Origin: Negaprion brevirostris
Taxonomy: Eukaryota
Assembly: GCA_030324005.1 (NCBI GenBank)
Contig: JARDVH010000001.1
Span: 143,422,690 to 143,486,689 of the forward strand
Reading direction: 5' to 3'
Length of the DNA: 64,000 nt
Part shown: positions 62,991 through 64,000 of the stretch, one piece after another
How the letters are laid out: each line of letters starts with the position of its first letter
Position numbering within the stretch: position 1 is the first letter of the stretch
Made by a program: the position numbers and the translations under genes
The notes under the pieces: generated by a model
What the model saw: the letters and a program-made list of their open reading frames with translations, nothing else
What the model was told of the DNA's origin: nothing
Database searches by the model: none

Positions 62991-63149
62991 TGGGTATACA
63001 GCAATCAGCCTGGAGATTGAACACCTAATCAATATCCAATGACTTCTGCGGAAATAATGCTTGTGTTGGGTGAAAAGCAACAAAGCCAGTGTGACGGCCT
63101 GTCAGAAAATATATCTATGTTCAAGCATTCCGTCACACAGACATACAAC

Positions 63150-63996
63150 AAGTGGGAGAACTTGGCCACTGCGTAAATACCATTACACTTTTCATTTTTT
63201 CACTTAACCGCTGAAGCAGAGAGGTGAGCTCCAATGGGCTCTTGGCTTCTGGTCGGAAGTATCCCGGTGGCTGGTCATGACCCACTCTGGGGACAACGGC
63301 AAGTGGGGAGTTTGACTGGGGTGGTACACCTGTCACACCATAACACAGGTGTCCTAAGGTGACCTCAGGGAGGACAGAAACCTCCTGTGGAGCAGAAGAG
63401 CAAAAGCTTGCTTGATCTTTATCTTCAGCACAAATACAGACTGCGGCAGAAACTGTGAAGTTTACAATCCTTGTAACCTTTTGGGTTTTAAGCAGGAGGT
63501 GTCAAGAAAGTTATCACAAGGATAACTGGCTTGTGGCATTCATAGCTATGCCGCTTTTTCATCTTTCGATCTTGACACTTCCTTTCTTTGTGAAGCAGAA
63601 TTCACCAAATGTTAAATTCACCAAAGGTTCAACCACTAATATGGAACACGAGCACGGTTTAGACTGTTGAGACAGGTTAGTTTCATCCTACTGATGATGT
63701 ATCGTTGTAATAGTAATCTTGCCCAGTACAAGATGAACTGCGGGTTTAGATATCTGGTGTATGTGCTTGGTGGAGGAATCAATAGTGCAATGCTACCTTC
63801 TGTGGGATTATGACTGAACACCTCTAAGTCAGAATCCTGCCTCAAAGTAACAACACTCTAGCACTGCAGATCACTGGTTGGCCTGGGATAGCTGATTACA
63901 GTCGGTGCCTAGTGCCACTTGATTCAGGGCTGGGGTGTGGCTGGATTGGTGCCATCTCTCCTGTTAGCGCACATGTTCATAGGTAACCTGGTGCTA
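63150..63996 (+). pseudogene. Decayed fragment of 28S (LSU) rRNA, 3' third
   Basis: Universal LSU motifs in order: gtggggagtttgactgggg, caggtgtcctaagg, gggaggacagaaacctc, ggataactggcttgtggc, gaagcagaattcaccaa, gagacaggttagttt, gggattatgactgaa..cctctaagtcagaatcc. Many CpG-to-TpG/CpA changes and indels. Confidence 0.95.
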
Positions 63997-64000
63997 TGGT

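Noticed and set aside
63150-63996. Functional rRNA gene
   Set aside because: Partial, no 18S/5.8S/ITS context, CpG decay and indels in universally conserved positions.
1-64000. Most ORFs in the six-frame track as stand-alone genes; any prokaryotic system (operon, CRISPR, defence island)
   Set aside because: The DNA is intron-rich vertebrate sequence. The short ORFs are chance frames or repeat fragments, and no regularly spaced repeat-spacer array is visible.
42615-64000. GAB1 PH-domain exon(s)
   Set aside because: No WKRRWFVL/LEYYKN/MNKWV-like sequence was found by eye; they presumably lie beyond 64000.

Overview
Vertebrate (non-microbial) genomic DNA, very probably a shark, inferred from HE1/V-SINE-like, DeuSINE-like, CR1 and Penelope-like repeats. 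The window lies inside one gene on the minus strand, GAB1 (GRB2-associated binder 1). I can place eight coding exons: the equivalents of human exons 3, 4 (partly in an N gap), 5, 6 (partly in an N gap), the 90-nt cassette exon, the next two constitutive exons, and an 87-nt cassette exon at 34823-34909 that the ORF track misses. That exon appears to be the orthologue of the mammalian striated-muscle-specific Gab1 exon. It looks like an internal duplicate of the end of exon 3 and is followed by a sense-strand hairpin and QKI/RBFOX motifs. The PH-domain exons and the last exons lie outside the window. The introns hold decayed mobile DNA: several SINE families with different LINE-derived tails, CR1/L2/RTE LINEs, a Tigger/pogo element, Harbinger Myb/SANT remnants and three Penelope-like families with hammerhead-ribozyme cores, including ~150-180 bp palindromic mini-elements with long TSDs. 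An ~850-bp CpG-decayed 28S rRNA fragment sits at the right edge. Repeat-family and orthology calls come from remembered consensus sequences and were not searched; repeat boundaries are approximate.
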